Assembly (NCBI GenBank): GCA_038734945.1
Contig: JAVYOA010000002.1
Span: forward strand, 248,001-312,000
Direction of reading: 5' to 3'
Source of the DNA: Fervidicoccaceae archaeon
GTDB taxonomy: Archaea > Thermoproteota > Thermoprotei_A > Sulfolobales > Fervidicoccaceae
DNA: 64,000 bases
The notes below the pieces were generated by a model that saw nothing but the letters and a program-made list of their open reading frames with translations, had not been told where the DNA came from and did no database searches. Below are positions 1 to 9,432 of the stretch, in pieces. Every line of letters starts with the position of its first letter. Within the stretch, counting starts at the first letter, position 1. Position numbers and translations under genes: made by a program.

Positions 1-1
1 T

Positions 2-316
2 GATATTGACCTATCGAATGAAAATGATTTGAGTGTGGAGGGGTTGAAAATGAGAGTCCTGAGAGTTCCAGGCCACTCTCCAGGAAGCGTTTCTTTCCTA
101 ATTAACGATGGAGAGGCCTGCTTGACAGGGGATACGCTCTTCAGAGGTTTTGTGGGCAGGACTGATTTTCCAGGAGGGAGCGAGGATGAGCTTAAGAAGA
201 GCCTAAGAACTTTAGTTGATTTGCTGGGAGATCAGGCGCTCATCTTGCCTGGGCATGGTCCTGAAACATCAATGAAGAATGAGAGAAAATGGCTTCTCGA
301 ATGGATTGGATATTAG
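2..316 (+). CDS. Metallo-beta-lactamase-fold hydrolase (glyoxalase II-like), 5' truncated by window edge
   Basis: PGHSPGS, TGDTLF, GRTDFPGG and PGHG motifs; frame open from base 2. Confidence 0.9.
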   Translation, partial: DIDLSNENDLSVEGLKMRVLRVPGHSPGSVSFLINDGEACLTGDTLFRGFVGRTDFPGGSEDELKKSLRTLVDLLGDQALILPGHGPETSMKNERKWLLEWIGY

Positions 317-328
317 GAGGGGAAACAG

Positions 329-1045
329 ATGTCGAGCATTCCAAGAATTGTTATCATGGAGGCATCTCCAAGAAAATATGGCAACTCTGCAAAGCTAGCA
401 TATGTTGCTGAGAAGGGGGTGATTGATGAGGGTTGCTCAGCTGAAATTGTCTGGATAGCTGATCTGAGCATAAAGCCATGCATAGGATGCGTTTCAGATG
501 ATATAATGGAGTGCAAGTTTCCATGCGTTATAAATGATGACTTCAACTCCTTTGCGCAGAAGCTCATATCTTCAGAGGGAATAATAGTCTCCACTCCAAT
601 ATACTGGTACATGGTTCCTGGACAGCTGAAAATTCTTCTGGACAGGATGACAAGCCTAGAGAACATGCTCCTTCACTCTGGAAGAAGCCTGCTCGATGGA
701 AAGGTTGCTGCCTTCATTGCTACTGGAAACGATGCCGGGACATCCATGGCAATTTCCTATTTGATGGATGTCTTCAATAGCTACGGATGCCACATACCTG
801 CTTGGGCCCTTGCATATCACCACTCCTATGATGATGTTCTTGAAAATGGATTTGCTGTTATCGATGCTTACAATATAGGAAAGAACGTGTGCAGGCTATC
901 AAAGATATTGAGGAGCGTTAAAGATGATCCCTGGTACACCTTCGATGTTGATGTTGAGGAGCTGAGAAAATTTGCTAGGAAGAGAGCAGAGTCTCAGAAA
1001 GGAGAGCTGCTAGAAAACAGGAGGAGGAAAATCAATGGAGAGTAG
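329..1045 (+). CDS. Iron-sulfur flavoprotein / NADPH-dependent FMN reductase (flavodoxin) family
   Basis: ASPRKYGNS FMN loop, CIGC...C...C cysteine cluster, STPIYW. Confidence 0.85.
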   Translation: MSSIPRIVIMEASPRKYGNSAKLAYVAEKGVIDEGCSAEIVWIADLSIKPCIGCVSDDIMECKFPCVINDDFNSFAQKLISSEGIIVSTPIYWYMVPGQLKILLDRMTSLENMLLHSGRSLLDGKVAAFIATGNDAGTSMAISYLMDVFNSYGCHIPAWALAYHHSYDDVLENGFAVIDAYNIGKNVCRLSKILRSVKDDPWYTFDVDVEELRKFARKRAESQKGELLENRRRKINGE

Positions 1046-1499
1046 GGAGAGACCCTACATAGGGGTTGGAGCCGTTGTGTTTGATTCCAGGGGCAGGATT
1101 CTGCTGGTCAGGAGGGGATATCCTCCACAGAAGGGGAAGTGGGCAATCCCAGGCGGGCATCTTGAGCTTGGAGAAACTATTTTCGAGGGAGCGAGGAGGG
1201 AGCTTCTCGAGGAAACAGGATTGGAAGGAGAGCCAAAGTGCATAGTAAATCTTGATGAGCTGATTGTGAGGGATTCCAATGGAAATGTGAAGAAGCATTT
1301 CGTTCTCATAGATGTTCTCTTTGACAGCATCTGGGGATCTCTGAGAGCTGGAAGTGATGCAGTTGAGGCTAGGTTCTTCGATATAGAGGAAATAAAGGAG
1401 AGCGCTGAGGTCTCCTTCTCCACAAGGACCTTTCTGAGAAAGCTTCTGAACAATGAGCTATACTGCATAGAAACCTATGTCAACCAATATGCTGAGTAG
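1035..1499 (+). CDS. NUDIX hydrolase (ADP-ribose pyrophosphatase-like)
   Basis: Nudix box GGHLELGETIFEGARRELLEETGL. Confidence 0.93.
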   Translation: MESRERPYIGVGAVVFDSRGRILLVRRGYPPQKGKWAIPGGHLELGETIFEGARRELLEETGLEGEPKCIVNLDELIVRDSNGNVKKHFVLIDVLFDSIWGSLRAGSDAVEARFFDIEEIKESAEVSFSTRTFLRKLLNNELYCIETYVNQYAE

Positions 1500-2073
1500 T
1501 TCTCACTCCCCCCCCCCCACCAACACTCTCTAATTCTGTGCGCTTTATTGTCACAACTATTATACCATCGCGCTTCTCAACATTCCAATTCCCCTCATTG
1601 CCAAGAGCTGCTGAGCTTATCCCTCTGAAAAGCATGTATAGGAAATCCATGCTTTCCTTGTGATCTATTGAGAGGTTTATTATGAGCCTTTTTTCCTTCT
1701 CGTTTCCCCACTCTGGAAATATGTTCGTTTCTCCTACAAAGAGTGTTGCTAATCTCTCTATCAGTACAGCAGGATCATTCTGCTTGAATCTCGCACGCGC
1801 AACTTCATATATGACCTTGCCCAGCTGCTCCACGTCCTCGAGAGGAATTCTTGGTGGCTGAAGGCGAAAGCCCATGGTCTTAAGCGTGTCAAACAGAATC
1901 AAGTCGAGAGCTATATTTTCTGGCTCGTTTATCTTTGCCTTGTAGAGGAGGAGATAGGTTTCAAGGGCCTTATTTGTCAAATTATACATGCTCATGTTTC
2001 TTTTCTTTGCTAGCTCGAGAAGCTCCTCTGCTATATTTTGATCTGCTGCTATGATTTTCCTGCTAAAGGGCAA
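1480..2073 (-). CDS. Hypothetical protein with N-terminal ribbon-helix-helix-like segment
   Basis: N-terminus RKIIAAD...LLELAKKRNMSMYNL resembles RHH; TTG start with GGTGG RBS. Confidence 0.55.
   Translation of the reverse strand: MPFSRKIIAADQNIAEELLELAKKRNMSMYNLTNKALETYLLLYKAKINEPENIALDLILFDTLKTMGFRLQPPRIPLEDVEQLGKVIYEVARARFKQNDPAVLIERLATLFVGETNIFPEWGNEKEKRLIINLSIDHKESMDFLYMLFRGISSAALGNEGNWNVEKRDGIIVVTIKRTELESVGGGGGVRTTQHIG
1508..1518. repeat. C11/G11 homopolymer tract
   Basis: 11 consecutive C on + strand near the 3' end of the 1480-2073 ORF. Confidence 0.95.
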
Positions 2074-2229
2074 TTCTCTGTGCCACCTATCATAAATATT
2101 ATTCTACATGGATTATATTTAAAACTTATATCAAAATGCTATTAGAAAATGTCTAGTTTTTTACAGGTTTCTTGAAAAAATGCTAAAGTTTTTATATTGA
2201 TATTTTCGGAAAAATAAGAGGGAATTCGC

Positions 2230-2901
2230 TTGATAGATATTGCTAACAGCATGCTACTCTCCGATTTGCTCGTGGCTGTGCTGCTGCTAGTCTACAGCTT
2301 GTTCATCATATTCGTCTTCACAAAAAGAATCTATTCGTACATGATCAAGAGAGGCTTCGGGGAAAAGAGAGCAGCATACTTGAACAGAAAAATTGTTCAT
2401 ATTTCTATCGGGGGATTTGTCTCTGCAGCAATACCTTTCATTTTTCACTACCCCTTTGTCCCAGCGCTAGCTGCCTGGATCCTGGGGTTTTACTTGTTGT
2501 ATAGAAGAGAAAAGGGCTCTCTAATGTACTGGTTTCAGGTTAGGGAAAATGCATACGAAGTTAACTTCGCATTTGCATGGGGAGCAGCTGTCCTAGCTCT
2601 CTGGACTGCTCTGGGGAATCCCTTTGTTGCAATGCTTCCTCCAATGCTTGTTAGCTTTGGAGACGGAGTAACGGGGATAGTTAGGAATCTCATGTTCAAA
2701 AGGAGAACTAAGCACTGGGCTGGAAATCTCGCAATGGCCCTTCTAATGGTACCTATTGGCTTTCTATATGCAGGAGCGGTTGGGGTATTGGCTTCTCTAA
2801 TAGCATCGTACATAGAGAGGTTTGAATTTGGAATAATCGATGACAATGTTCTAATTGTTCTATCCTCGAGCCTGATTATTCTGGGGGCCAGATTAATTTA
2901 G
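2230..2901 (+). CDS. Dolichol/phytol kinase (CTP-dependent) family membrane protein
   Basis: RKIVH, FGDG, KHWAG and DDN motifs; multiple TM helices. Confidence 0.8.
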   Translation: MIDIANSMLLSDLLVAVLLLVYSLFIIFVFTKRIYSYMIKRGFGEKRAAYLNRKIVHISIGGFVSAAIPFIFHYPFVPALAAWILGFYLLYRREKGSLMYWFQVRENAYEVNFAFAWGAAVLALWTALGNPFVAMLPPMLVSFGDGVTGIVRNLMFKRRTKHWAGNLAMALLMVPIGFLYAGAVGVLASLIASYIERFEFGIIDDNVLIVLSSSLIILGARLI

Positions 2902-2909
2902 CATTGCTG

Positions 2910-4418
2910 CTACTCCAGCAGGGGTTCGAGTATTGGCTTAAGTCTCGTGTAGAGGGCAGAGGCCCTTTCCTTTCCAAGAAGTGCCCTTCCTATTTCTCTC
3001 AAATCGCTTAAGGTAATTATCTTCAGCTTTATGTACAGGACATAGGAAAGAGAGAGAAGCAGCATCCCATATATCCAGCTCAATTTAGAGAGATAGAGGA
3101 GGAGGCCAATTGAATATGGCACGCTGAGAACTATTATCAAGCTCCTTCTATCGAAAAACACATTTGCCTTCTTAGCCCTTTCGTAGAAGTACAGGGTTCC
3201 CATGATTGTTCCTATGACGGTTGTTATGGCAACTCCTGTGCCCCCAAGCATTGGTGCAAATATGAAATAGAGGAACACCCTTGGAAGATTCGTGAATGTC
3301 CCGCCCCAGAAAATTGAAGAATAATCTCCATATGCATAGAGAAGGCTCGTCACAAAGCTTGTATATGCAACAAGAGGGGAAGAGAGCAGAAGAATTGTTA
3401 GTGCCGGCCAACCTGCAGAGAGATCCTCTCCGAAAAGAGTCAGGAAAAGCTTTGGATATATCATAACAAATACTCCTATGGGCATCATGAGGGCAAGGCT
3501 GAGTCTGAAAACCCTTGCTCCCGTCCTCTTCCTTCCATCGGACATTCCACTAAGAACGGGAAGGAGGAGGCCGTTCATTGCATTGGATATCATGATAACA
3601 ACATTGGAGAGCTGTGAAGCGATATAGTAGGCACCAGTCTCCAGGCTTCCAATCGAGCCGTAGAGGACAAGGATCCCCATCCACTGGCCAACTGTTGATA
3701 TCAAACCTGGTGCCCAGCTGGGAATCCCTGCCCTGAGGAGCTCCTTAAGCCTATCAATGGAAAAAGTTGGATGGAGCTCGGCAATTCTCAGAGACTGAGC
3801 AGCATTGATCATTCCCTGGAGGAGGGAATTCATCATGTAGCCAACAGCTACCCCCTTCCAACCAAAGCCCAACTCGAAAAGAGATATCCCGAGGATGAAC
3901 TTTATAGCTACTGAGATTATGACGGAGAGAAATATTCTTTTTGTCTGGAGAGCGCTCTGAAGGAATGAGCTAAAGCTCCCAAGAAACGAAAAGAGGTTGA
4001 AAATAGCAGCGAAGAGCATCATGCTTCTTGAGTATCCATATGCACCAGGGAAAAAGTATCCGATGGCTAATATAGTTAAGCTCCCCATTGTATAGACTAA
4101 AAGAGAGAAAATTGAGGCAGTCCAGAGGTATTCGGTTGCGCACTTTCTGGGATTTTCATCGATTCCCAGGCAATATCCAGTGAACCTGCTGAGACCTGTA
4201 TTAATTCCTAGGTTCACCAAACCTCCAACAAGAGAGGAGAGGCCCACAACAACTGAGAGAATGCCAACGATCTCTCCTCCTCCTAGCCTTGATATTATCA
4301 TCCAGAAGAAGAAGCCCTGAAGATTGCTGACTATTGTTGAAAGATAGAGCCAGAGAGCTCCAGAGAAAACCCTTCCAATTTGGCTTTCTCTCTCCAAATC
4401 AATCACTTTCCCCGACAA
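2910..4418 (-). CDS. MOP-superfamily oligosaccharide flippase
   Basis: About 12-14 TM helices, ISRLGGGEIVG and GAYYIASQ patterns typical of Wzx/MATE-like flippases. Confidence 0.8.
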   Translation of the reverse strand: MSGKVIDLERESQIGRVFSGALWLYLSTIVSNLQGFFFWMIISRLGGGEIVGILSVVVGLSSLVGGLVNLGINTGLSRFTGYCLGIDENPRKCATEYLWTASIFSLLVYTMGSLTILAIGYFFPGAYGYSRSMMLFAAIFNLFSFLGSFSSFLQSALQTKRIFLSVIISVAIKFILGISLFELGFGWKGVAVGYMMNSLLQGMINAAQSLRIAELHPTFSIDRLKELLRAGIPSWAPGLISTVGQWMGILVLYGSIGSLETGAYYIASQLSNVVIMISNAMNGLLLPVLSGMSDGRKRTGARVFRLSLALMMPIGVFVMIYPKLFLTLFGEDLSAGWPALTILLLSSPLVAYTSFVTSLLYAYGDYSSIFWGGTFTNLPRVFLYFIFAPMLGGTGVAITTVIGTIMGTLYFYERAKKANVFFDRRSLIIVLSVPYSIGLLLYLSKLSWIYGMLLLSLSYVLYIKLKIITLSDLREIGRALLGKERASALYTRLKPILEPLLE

Positions 4419-4428
4419 GTCTCAGCTC

Positions 4429-5079
4429 TTAGTCCAAGATCCTCTCTCTTTTTCTCAAAATAGATTTATAGAGCTTAATTAGGTGTTTGGACTCAAAGTC
4501 AACAACGTCACTGCAGGCTGCGCCCAAAAATACTCCAACAACTACATCGCTGGTCCAGTGAACTGCTAGGAAAATTCTGGAAAAAGATATTAAAATTACA
4601 TATGACCAGCCCAAAAGTGCCCAGAGCCTTCCCTTCTTCGATAGAAAATAGGATGCAACTGATGCTCTGGAAGAATGACCTGAGGGGAAGGAATAAACAT
4701 CGGAGAGGAGGGAGAAGATAGAAGGTGAAGATACCAGTATTTCTCCTGGCCTTGGCGAAGCAGTGAAATATTTGAGCGCCAAAGTTATTAACGATGTCAA
4801 TACGAGCGCTGATACGAAGTTGAGAAGTTCTATCCTGAATCCTCTAAACTTCATCAGCTGATATATTGCAATCAATACTATGACAATTGCAAATGAATAT
4901 ATGCTGGCCGTTTCTGTAATTATCCTCATGACAATGTTTTCGGATGATGGGAAGAGCGAATAAATGCTTTCGTCTATGCCCCTGAATGCCCCCAGCTCTC
5001 TCGCAGCTATGAGTGCGAGCGTTGCCGCAACCAGCAGAGCAGCTCTGGCTGCCCTCCATCTTTTATTCTTCAAGCTCAA
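4429..5079 (-). CDS. PAP2-family membrane phosphatase
   Basis: K-x6-RP, FPSGH, SR-x5-H-x3-D motifs. Confidence 0.92.
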   Translation of the reverse strand: MSLKNKRWRAARAALLVAATLALIAARELGAFRGIDESIYSLFPSSENIVMRIITETASIYSFAIVIVLIAIYQLMKFRGFRIELLNFVSALVLTSLITLALKYFTASPRPGEILVSSPSIFSLLSDVYSFPSGHSSRASVASYFLSKKGRLWALLGWSYVILISFSRIFLAVHWTSDVVVGVFLGAACSDVVDFESKHLIKLYKSILRKRERILD

Positions 5080-5137
5080 TGCACCGTTGACATGCTCTTA
5101 TTTAATCCAGTTAATCTATTTTTAAATTTGAGCAAAA

Positions 5138-6049
5138 ATGAGGTATCCTGGAGTTAGAATTGGAGAGATTTTTCTCAATGCATTGAAAAATGAGGACCCT
5201 GAAATTGAGGTAGAGGAGAGCGTTGCATCTGTTTCCCTTCCTGGGGCTCTGGGCAAGTATCCAGGAGTGATATTAACCGAGGATCCGCTTTCTCTTCTGC
5301 TAATTTCAGCTGGCACAAGCTGTGCTATATCTCTTTCTCCAACAGTGGGAGAATCGGCTCTTGCATCATCCGCAGCATTCTTGGGAAAAAAACTAGCATT
5401 TCTCAGCTCCTATTCAATTTCAGAAGGAGAAATAGAGCTCAAAGTTCCCGAAACAATGTTCGATAGCTGCCTAGCTTATTTGAGCGATCCCAACTTTCCA
5501 ACGGGAAGGATTCTCAGCGTGGAGGAAGCTGAAGCTCTTATGAAATTTTTCGACTTCCTCCTGATAGACAGCACATATTCCTTCATGCTAAGAGGAAATG
5601 AGGGAGACCTCATAAGGAGAGAGCACGAAGCCCTTCTAAACAAATCCAGAGACAATTTAGCTTTCATTCTCAGGCTGCACAAGACATATGGCTTGAAAAG
5701 GTACCCAGCCTATCTAGTGATATCCAGCTCTCATAGATTTCTGGAGACGCTGCTTATGCTGGTAGGATGGACCAGAAATGGGATCTCCTCAGCATATATG
5801 AAAATTCTTTCTGATCCGATAGTTAGGGAAAGTGTTAGGAAAAGCGCTCAGATGCTGAACGAGGCTGCTTCTTATCTTAAAGAGAGCTTGAGGAAGCTGG
5901 GATGGGAAACTGTTCACTCCGATATGCCATACTTTCTGATAAAGGGCAGCGGCACGCTTCCAAGCAGTATCCGAACAATGAAGTTGAATGAGTTCGTTGG
6001 AATCAGCCGTGAATATATGCTTGCTATGCCCATGGACTCTAGCAATTGA
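5138..6049 (+). CDS. Divergent class I/II PLP-dependent aminotransferase-fold protein
   Basis: Remnant motifs DPNFPTG, IDSTY, LHKTYGL corresponding to NPNNPTG, DEAY, FSKxYGL. Confidence 0.6.
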   Translation: MRYPGVRIGEIFLNALKNEDPEIEVEESVASVSLPGALGKYPGVILTEDPLSLLLISAGTSCAISLSPTVGESALASSAAFLGKKLAFLSSYSISEGEIELKVPETMFDSCLAYLSDPNFPTGRILSVEEAEALMKFFDFLLIDSTYSFMLRGNEGDLIRREHEALLNKSRDNLAFILRLHKTYGLKRYPAYLVISSSHRFLETLLMLVGWTRNGISSAYMKILSDPIVRESVRKSAQMLNEAASYLKESLRKLGWETVHSDMPYFLIKGSGTLPSSIRTMKLNEFVGISREYMLAMPMDSSN

Positions 6050-6105
6050 ATATTTACGAAAAATATTTTAATATTGACATATGGAAAAAATCACGGTTGA
6101 CAACC

Positions 6106-7398
6106 ATGGGACAGAGCGAAAAGGAGCTTCTGAAAGAGGCAATAAAGCTCATACATAGGGGAGAGAGCATAGAGAGCATAAAGGCAAAGTATGGAGATCT
6201 TCTCCAGAAAGTGAACCCAGTTGAGATCCCAGTGATAGAGCAGGAGCTCGTGAGGGAGGGGCTTCCCATTCAGGATATTCTGAAGCTTTGCGATCTCCAT
6301 GTAGAGCTTTTCAGAAGCGCTCTAGAGGCAAAGGAGCTCAGGAATGTTCCCAGAGGTCATCCCCTTTCCAATCTATTGAGGGAGAACGAGCATATCTTGA
6401 GGAATGCGGAGGGCCTAGCTGTTCTATCTCAAGCTCTTTTAAAGGGAAATGAGGAGGAAAGAAGGAGGATTTTGGACTCTTTGAAGAGGTACATTTCAGA
6501 GCTGAAGAAAATAAGGATCCATTATAGGAAGAACCAGATGATCCTATTTCCTTATCTTGAGAGGAGAGGTATAAATGCCATTCCCAGAGTTCTATGGGGG
6601 AGAGAGGATCAGGCTATAGTTAAGATAAGAGAGCTTGAGAAACTTCTGGAGCAGGACAGCGAAAAATCATTGGAAAAAATAGCTTCCCTTTCCTTGGAAA
6701 TTTCGAGAGAGATAGCTGATTTGGTCTTCAGAGAGAACAAGATTCTTTATCCAACTCTCTGGTCTCTGCTCAGTGATGGAGAGTGGGCAGCAATAGCTCA
6801 GCTGAGTCAGGAGCTAGGATATGTTGTTGCTCCAGAGGTTGATGTGTGGAGAACAGAGGAGGAGCCAATTTTTCCCTATCAGTTAAGCGAGGATGGAGGA
6901 AAAGTTGTTCTGGAAAAACTTCCTCCAGAAGTTAGAGGCCTTGTTGAATCAGCTGTATTTGAAAGCTTTGATGTCAAGAGAGAGGGAGATATTGAGCTGA
7001 GGACTGGATTTCTCTCCAGGGATCAGCTCGAGGGAATCTTCGATTCTATTCCCCTAGAGCTAACATTTGCAGACAGCAATGACCGCATAAAGTTCTTCTC
7101 CAAGTCAAGATATATGGGGGGCTTTCCAAGGAGCAAGAGCATAATTGGAAGAAGGCTGGAGTTCTGCCACCCGCCGAGGCTTGAGAACTATGTCCGTCTT
7201 AACGTGAATTTGCTGAAGGAAGGTAAGCTGCCATACAGAGAGTTCTGGACTAGGTCTGGAGACAGAATATTGAGGGTTATCGTTGCAGGGATAAGGGGAA
7301 GGGACAACGAATATCTGGGAACGCTCGAGATTGTTGAGGACTTCACAGAAGTGCTGAAGAATCCAGAGGAGATAGTGAAAAAGATAGTGGTGCTCTGA
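6106..7398 (+). CDS. DUF438 / hemerythrin-like / PAS domain protein
   Basis: EQEL...LCDLH (DUF438), GHP...REN and HYRK..LFPYLE (hemerythrin-like), CHPP in C-terminal PAS; start probably ATG 6106. Confidence 0.85.
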   Translation: MGQSEKELLKEAIKLIHRGESIESIKAKYGDLLQKVNPVEIPVIEQELVREGLPIQDILKLCDLHVELFRSALEAKELRNVPRGHPLSNLLRENEHILRNAEGLAVLSQALLKGNEEERRRILDSLKRYISELKKIRIHYRKNQMILFPYLERRGINAIPRVLWGREDQAIVKIRELEKLLEQDSEKSLEKIASLSLEISREIADLVFRENKILYPTLWSLLSDGEWAAIAQLSQELGYVVAPEVDVWRTEEEPIFPYQLSEDGGKVVLEKLPPEVRGLVESAVFESFDVKREGDIELRTGFLSRDQLEGIFDSIPLELTFADSNDRIKFFSKSRYMGGFPRSKSIIGRRLEFCHPPRLENYVRLNVNLLKEGKLPYREFWTRSGDRILRVIVAGIRGRDNEYLGTLEIVEDFTEVLKNPEEIVKKIVVL

Positions 7399-7399
7399 G

Positions 7400-7780
7400 A
7401 TGATGAGCCCCTTTCTCATAGCATACCGCTATGTGCTGCCAAGCATAAGGAGATATCTTGTAATTGAGCTTGCAAGGAGGGGAAGGAGCGAATATGATAT
7501 TGCAAAGATGCTAGGAATATCAGTGAGCGCTGCTTCGAGATATATAAATGGGAGGAGGGGTGCTCTGCTTAATTTAGAGAGCGATGATATGACAAGGAAG
7601 GAGATAGAGAGGCTAGCTTCCGAGCTGGAGAAAGGAAAAGATGTGGATGTTGAGGAAAAGCTTCACATTATAGCAGCATCACTGCTCTCGAGAAAAGTTC
7701 TCTGTCCATTCCACTATGAAATGGATCCCTCTCCTCCTCCAGCCAATTGCTCGGTCTGCTCCACATTGTTTGCAAAGTAA
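7400..7780 (+). CDS. HTH transcriptional regulator with Cys/His metal-binding C-terminus
   Basis: IAKMLGISVSAASRY helix-turn-helix; CPFH...CSVC. Confidence 0.85.
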   Translation: MMSPFLIAYRYVLPSIRRYLVIELARRGRSEYDIAKMLGISVSAASRYINGRRGALLNLESDDMTRKEIERLASELEKGKDVDVEEKLHIIAASLLSRKVLCPFHYEMDPSPPPANCSVCSTLFAK

Positions 7781-7782
7781 TG

Positions 7783-8349
7783 CTATTTTGCATAGATCTT
7801 CTTCAAGGCTTTTTTTGGATCGTGCTTCTTTCTGCTTGTTTGCTTGTGCTTGACTTTTCCCCTCTCTCTACTCTTCCTCAAAGTGTTGTGCTTCTCAATG
7901 CTATGAGCATCTTTTTTCTCCGGTGTTCCTAAATTCTCATCACTGCCTTCAGTCCTAGGAAGTTGCTCAATTTTTCCTCCTTGTTCGTTCAGCTGCGATG
8001 AATTGGAGATTGTGGAACTAGGATCACTTTTATTAAATTCCGGATTTTCCAAGCTAAAGGCTTCTCTCTTTATAGAAGCTGATTCAATACTAGCTGCTTC
8101 ACCTGAATTTTCCTCAGCAGTCCTGTCTTGTTCATCTGATAAGGAAGAAATCTGGGATCCTTCATTGCTATATGTCGTTCCGCTAACATTTATCCAGTTG
8201 ATTGCTGCGAGAGCTATCAGGCCGAGTATTAAAGCCAATCCGAGATAGCCCGGACTGATGCTCAGCTCCACCAGAAGAAGTATGGATAATGCTGCCAATG
8301 CTATGAAAGAACTTGCCAATATCTTATCTCTTCTCCATACTTTTGCCAT
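7783..8349 (-). CDS. Hypothetical membrane protein (2 TM, acidic linker, basic tail)
   Basis: Two N-terminal hydrophobic helices followed by low-complexity charged tail. Confidence 0.55.
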   Translation of the reverse strand: MAKVWRRDKILASSFIALAALSILLLVELSISPGYLGLALILGLIALAAINWINVSGTTYSNEGSQISSLSDEQDRTAEENSGEAASIESASIKREAFSLENPEFNKSDPSSTISNSSQLNEQGGKIEQLPRTEGSDENLGTPEKKDAHSIEKHNTLRKSRERGKVKHKQTSRKKHDPKKALKKIYAK

Positions 8350-8443
8350 TCCTGCTCAGCTCTTCAATTTTAAATATGCATAGTTTTAACATTCCTGGAT
8401 GCAATTAGAGATTGTTTAGAGTATAAAAGAGGGAGGACTAATC

Positions 8444-9430
8444 ATGGATGAAAGATCTTTCAGAGAGCATATTGATAGATGGGAGTCCCTTGCTCTGAAC
8501 GGAATAAATGAGGGAGGAAAAGTCGAATGCGAAATGGATGGAAGGATAAAGAGGATCATATTTGCCGGCATGGGAGGATCTGGGATAGTTGGGGACTTTT
8601 TCCTAGATCTGGCCCATCACTATAGTTTTCCATTCGATATATATTCTGTAAAGGGCGATTACATCCCTTTTCCAGTCAGCTCTGAGGACCTGGTTGTTCT
8701 CCTCAGCTACTCTGGCGACACAATGGAGACTCTCTCTATATTCAACCAAGTCAGAGAGACAGCTAGGGTTTTAGCAGTTACTAGTGGAGGAATGCTCCTC
8801 TCTCTTTCCATGGCCTCCCCACCTGCTTGCGCAATAAAGCTATCAAAGGGGCTTTTTCCAAGGCTGGATCTTCCTGAAATGCTATATGCAGTTTCCTCAT
8901 TCCTCTCAAAGAACTTTGGAATAAGATTTCTCTCGAGAGAGAGGCTGCTTAGCTCTCTCTCAGCATTTAGATTGGACTTGAGGGAAGAAGTATTGAATGC
9001 AGCGAGATCGATTTTCGGATATTTTCCAATCTTCTTTGCTTCAAGACCATATGCATCTGTTGCTCTTAGACTCAAGAACGACCTTTCTGAGAACTCAAAG
9101 ATTTATTCCTCTATTGAAATTATCCCAGAAGCAATGCACAATACAATAGAATCGCTATGGAAGCTCAGAAACAATCACAAGATATTTTTCGTAGCAGGAA
9201 GACATGCCTTTGGCGACATCTTTGTAAGGGCTTTTTCCGAAGTCCTCGGAGATAGGATAGACAAGGTGCTTCTTAGGGGAGATGACTTAATCTCAGAGCT
9301 AATTTATGGCTATAGGCTATCAGCATATATTAGCCTTGAGCTCTCTTCACTCTCTAAAGTTAATCCTGTTAAAACTGAAGCGATAGACAGATACAAGATG
9401 TCGCTCAAGAAAATCCTTGAAGAAAATTGA
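8444..9430 (+). CDS. Bifunctional phosphoglucose/phosphomannose isomerase (SIS domains)
   Basis: GMGGSG, SYSGDTMET, TSGG, ENSK, PEAMHN motifs. Confidence 0.88.
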   Translation: MDERSFREHIDRWESLALNGINEGGKVECEMDGRIKRIIFAGMGGSGIVGDFFLDLAHHYSFPFDIYSVKGDYIPFPVSSEDLVVLLSYSGDTMETLSIFNQVRETARVLAVTSGGMLLSLSMASPPACAIKLSKGLFPRLDLPEMLYAVSSFLSKNFGIRFLSRERLLSSLSAFRLDLREEVLNAARSIFGYFPIFFASRPYASVALRLKNDLSENSKIYSSIEIIPEAMHNTIESLWKLRNNHKIFFVAGRHAFGDIFVRAFSEVLGDRIDKVLLRGDDLISELIYGYRLSAYISLELSSLSKVNPVKTEAIDRYKMSLKKILEEN

Positions 9431-9432
9431 TC

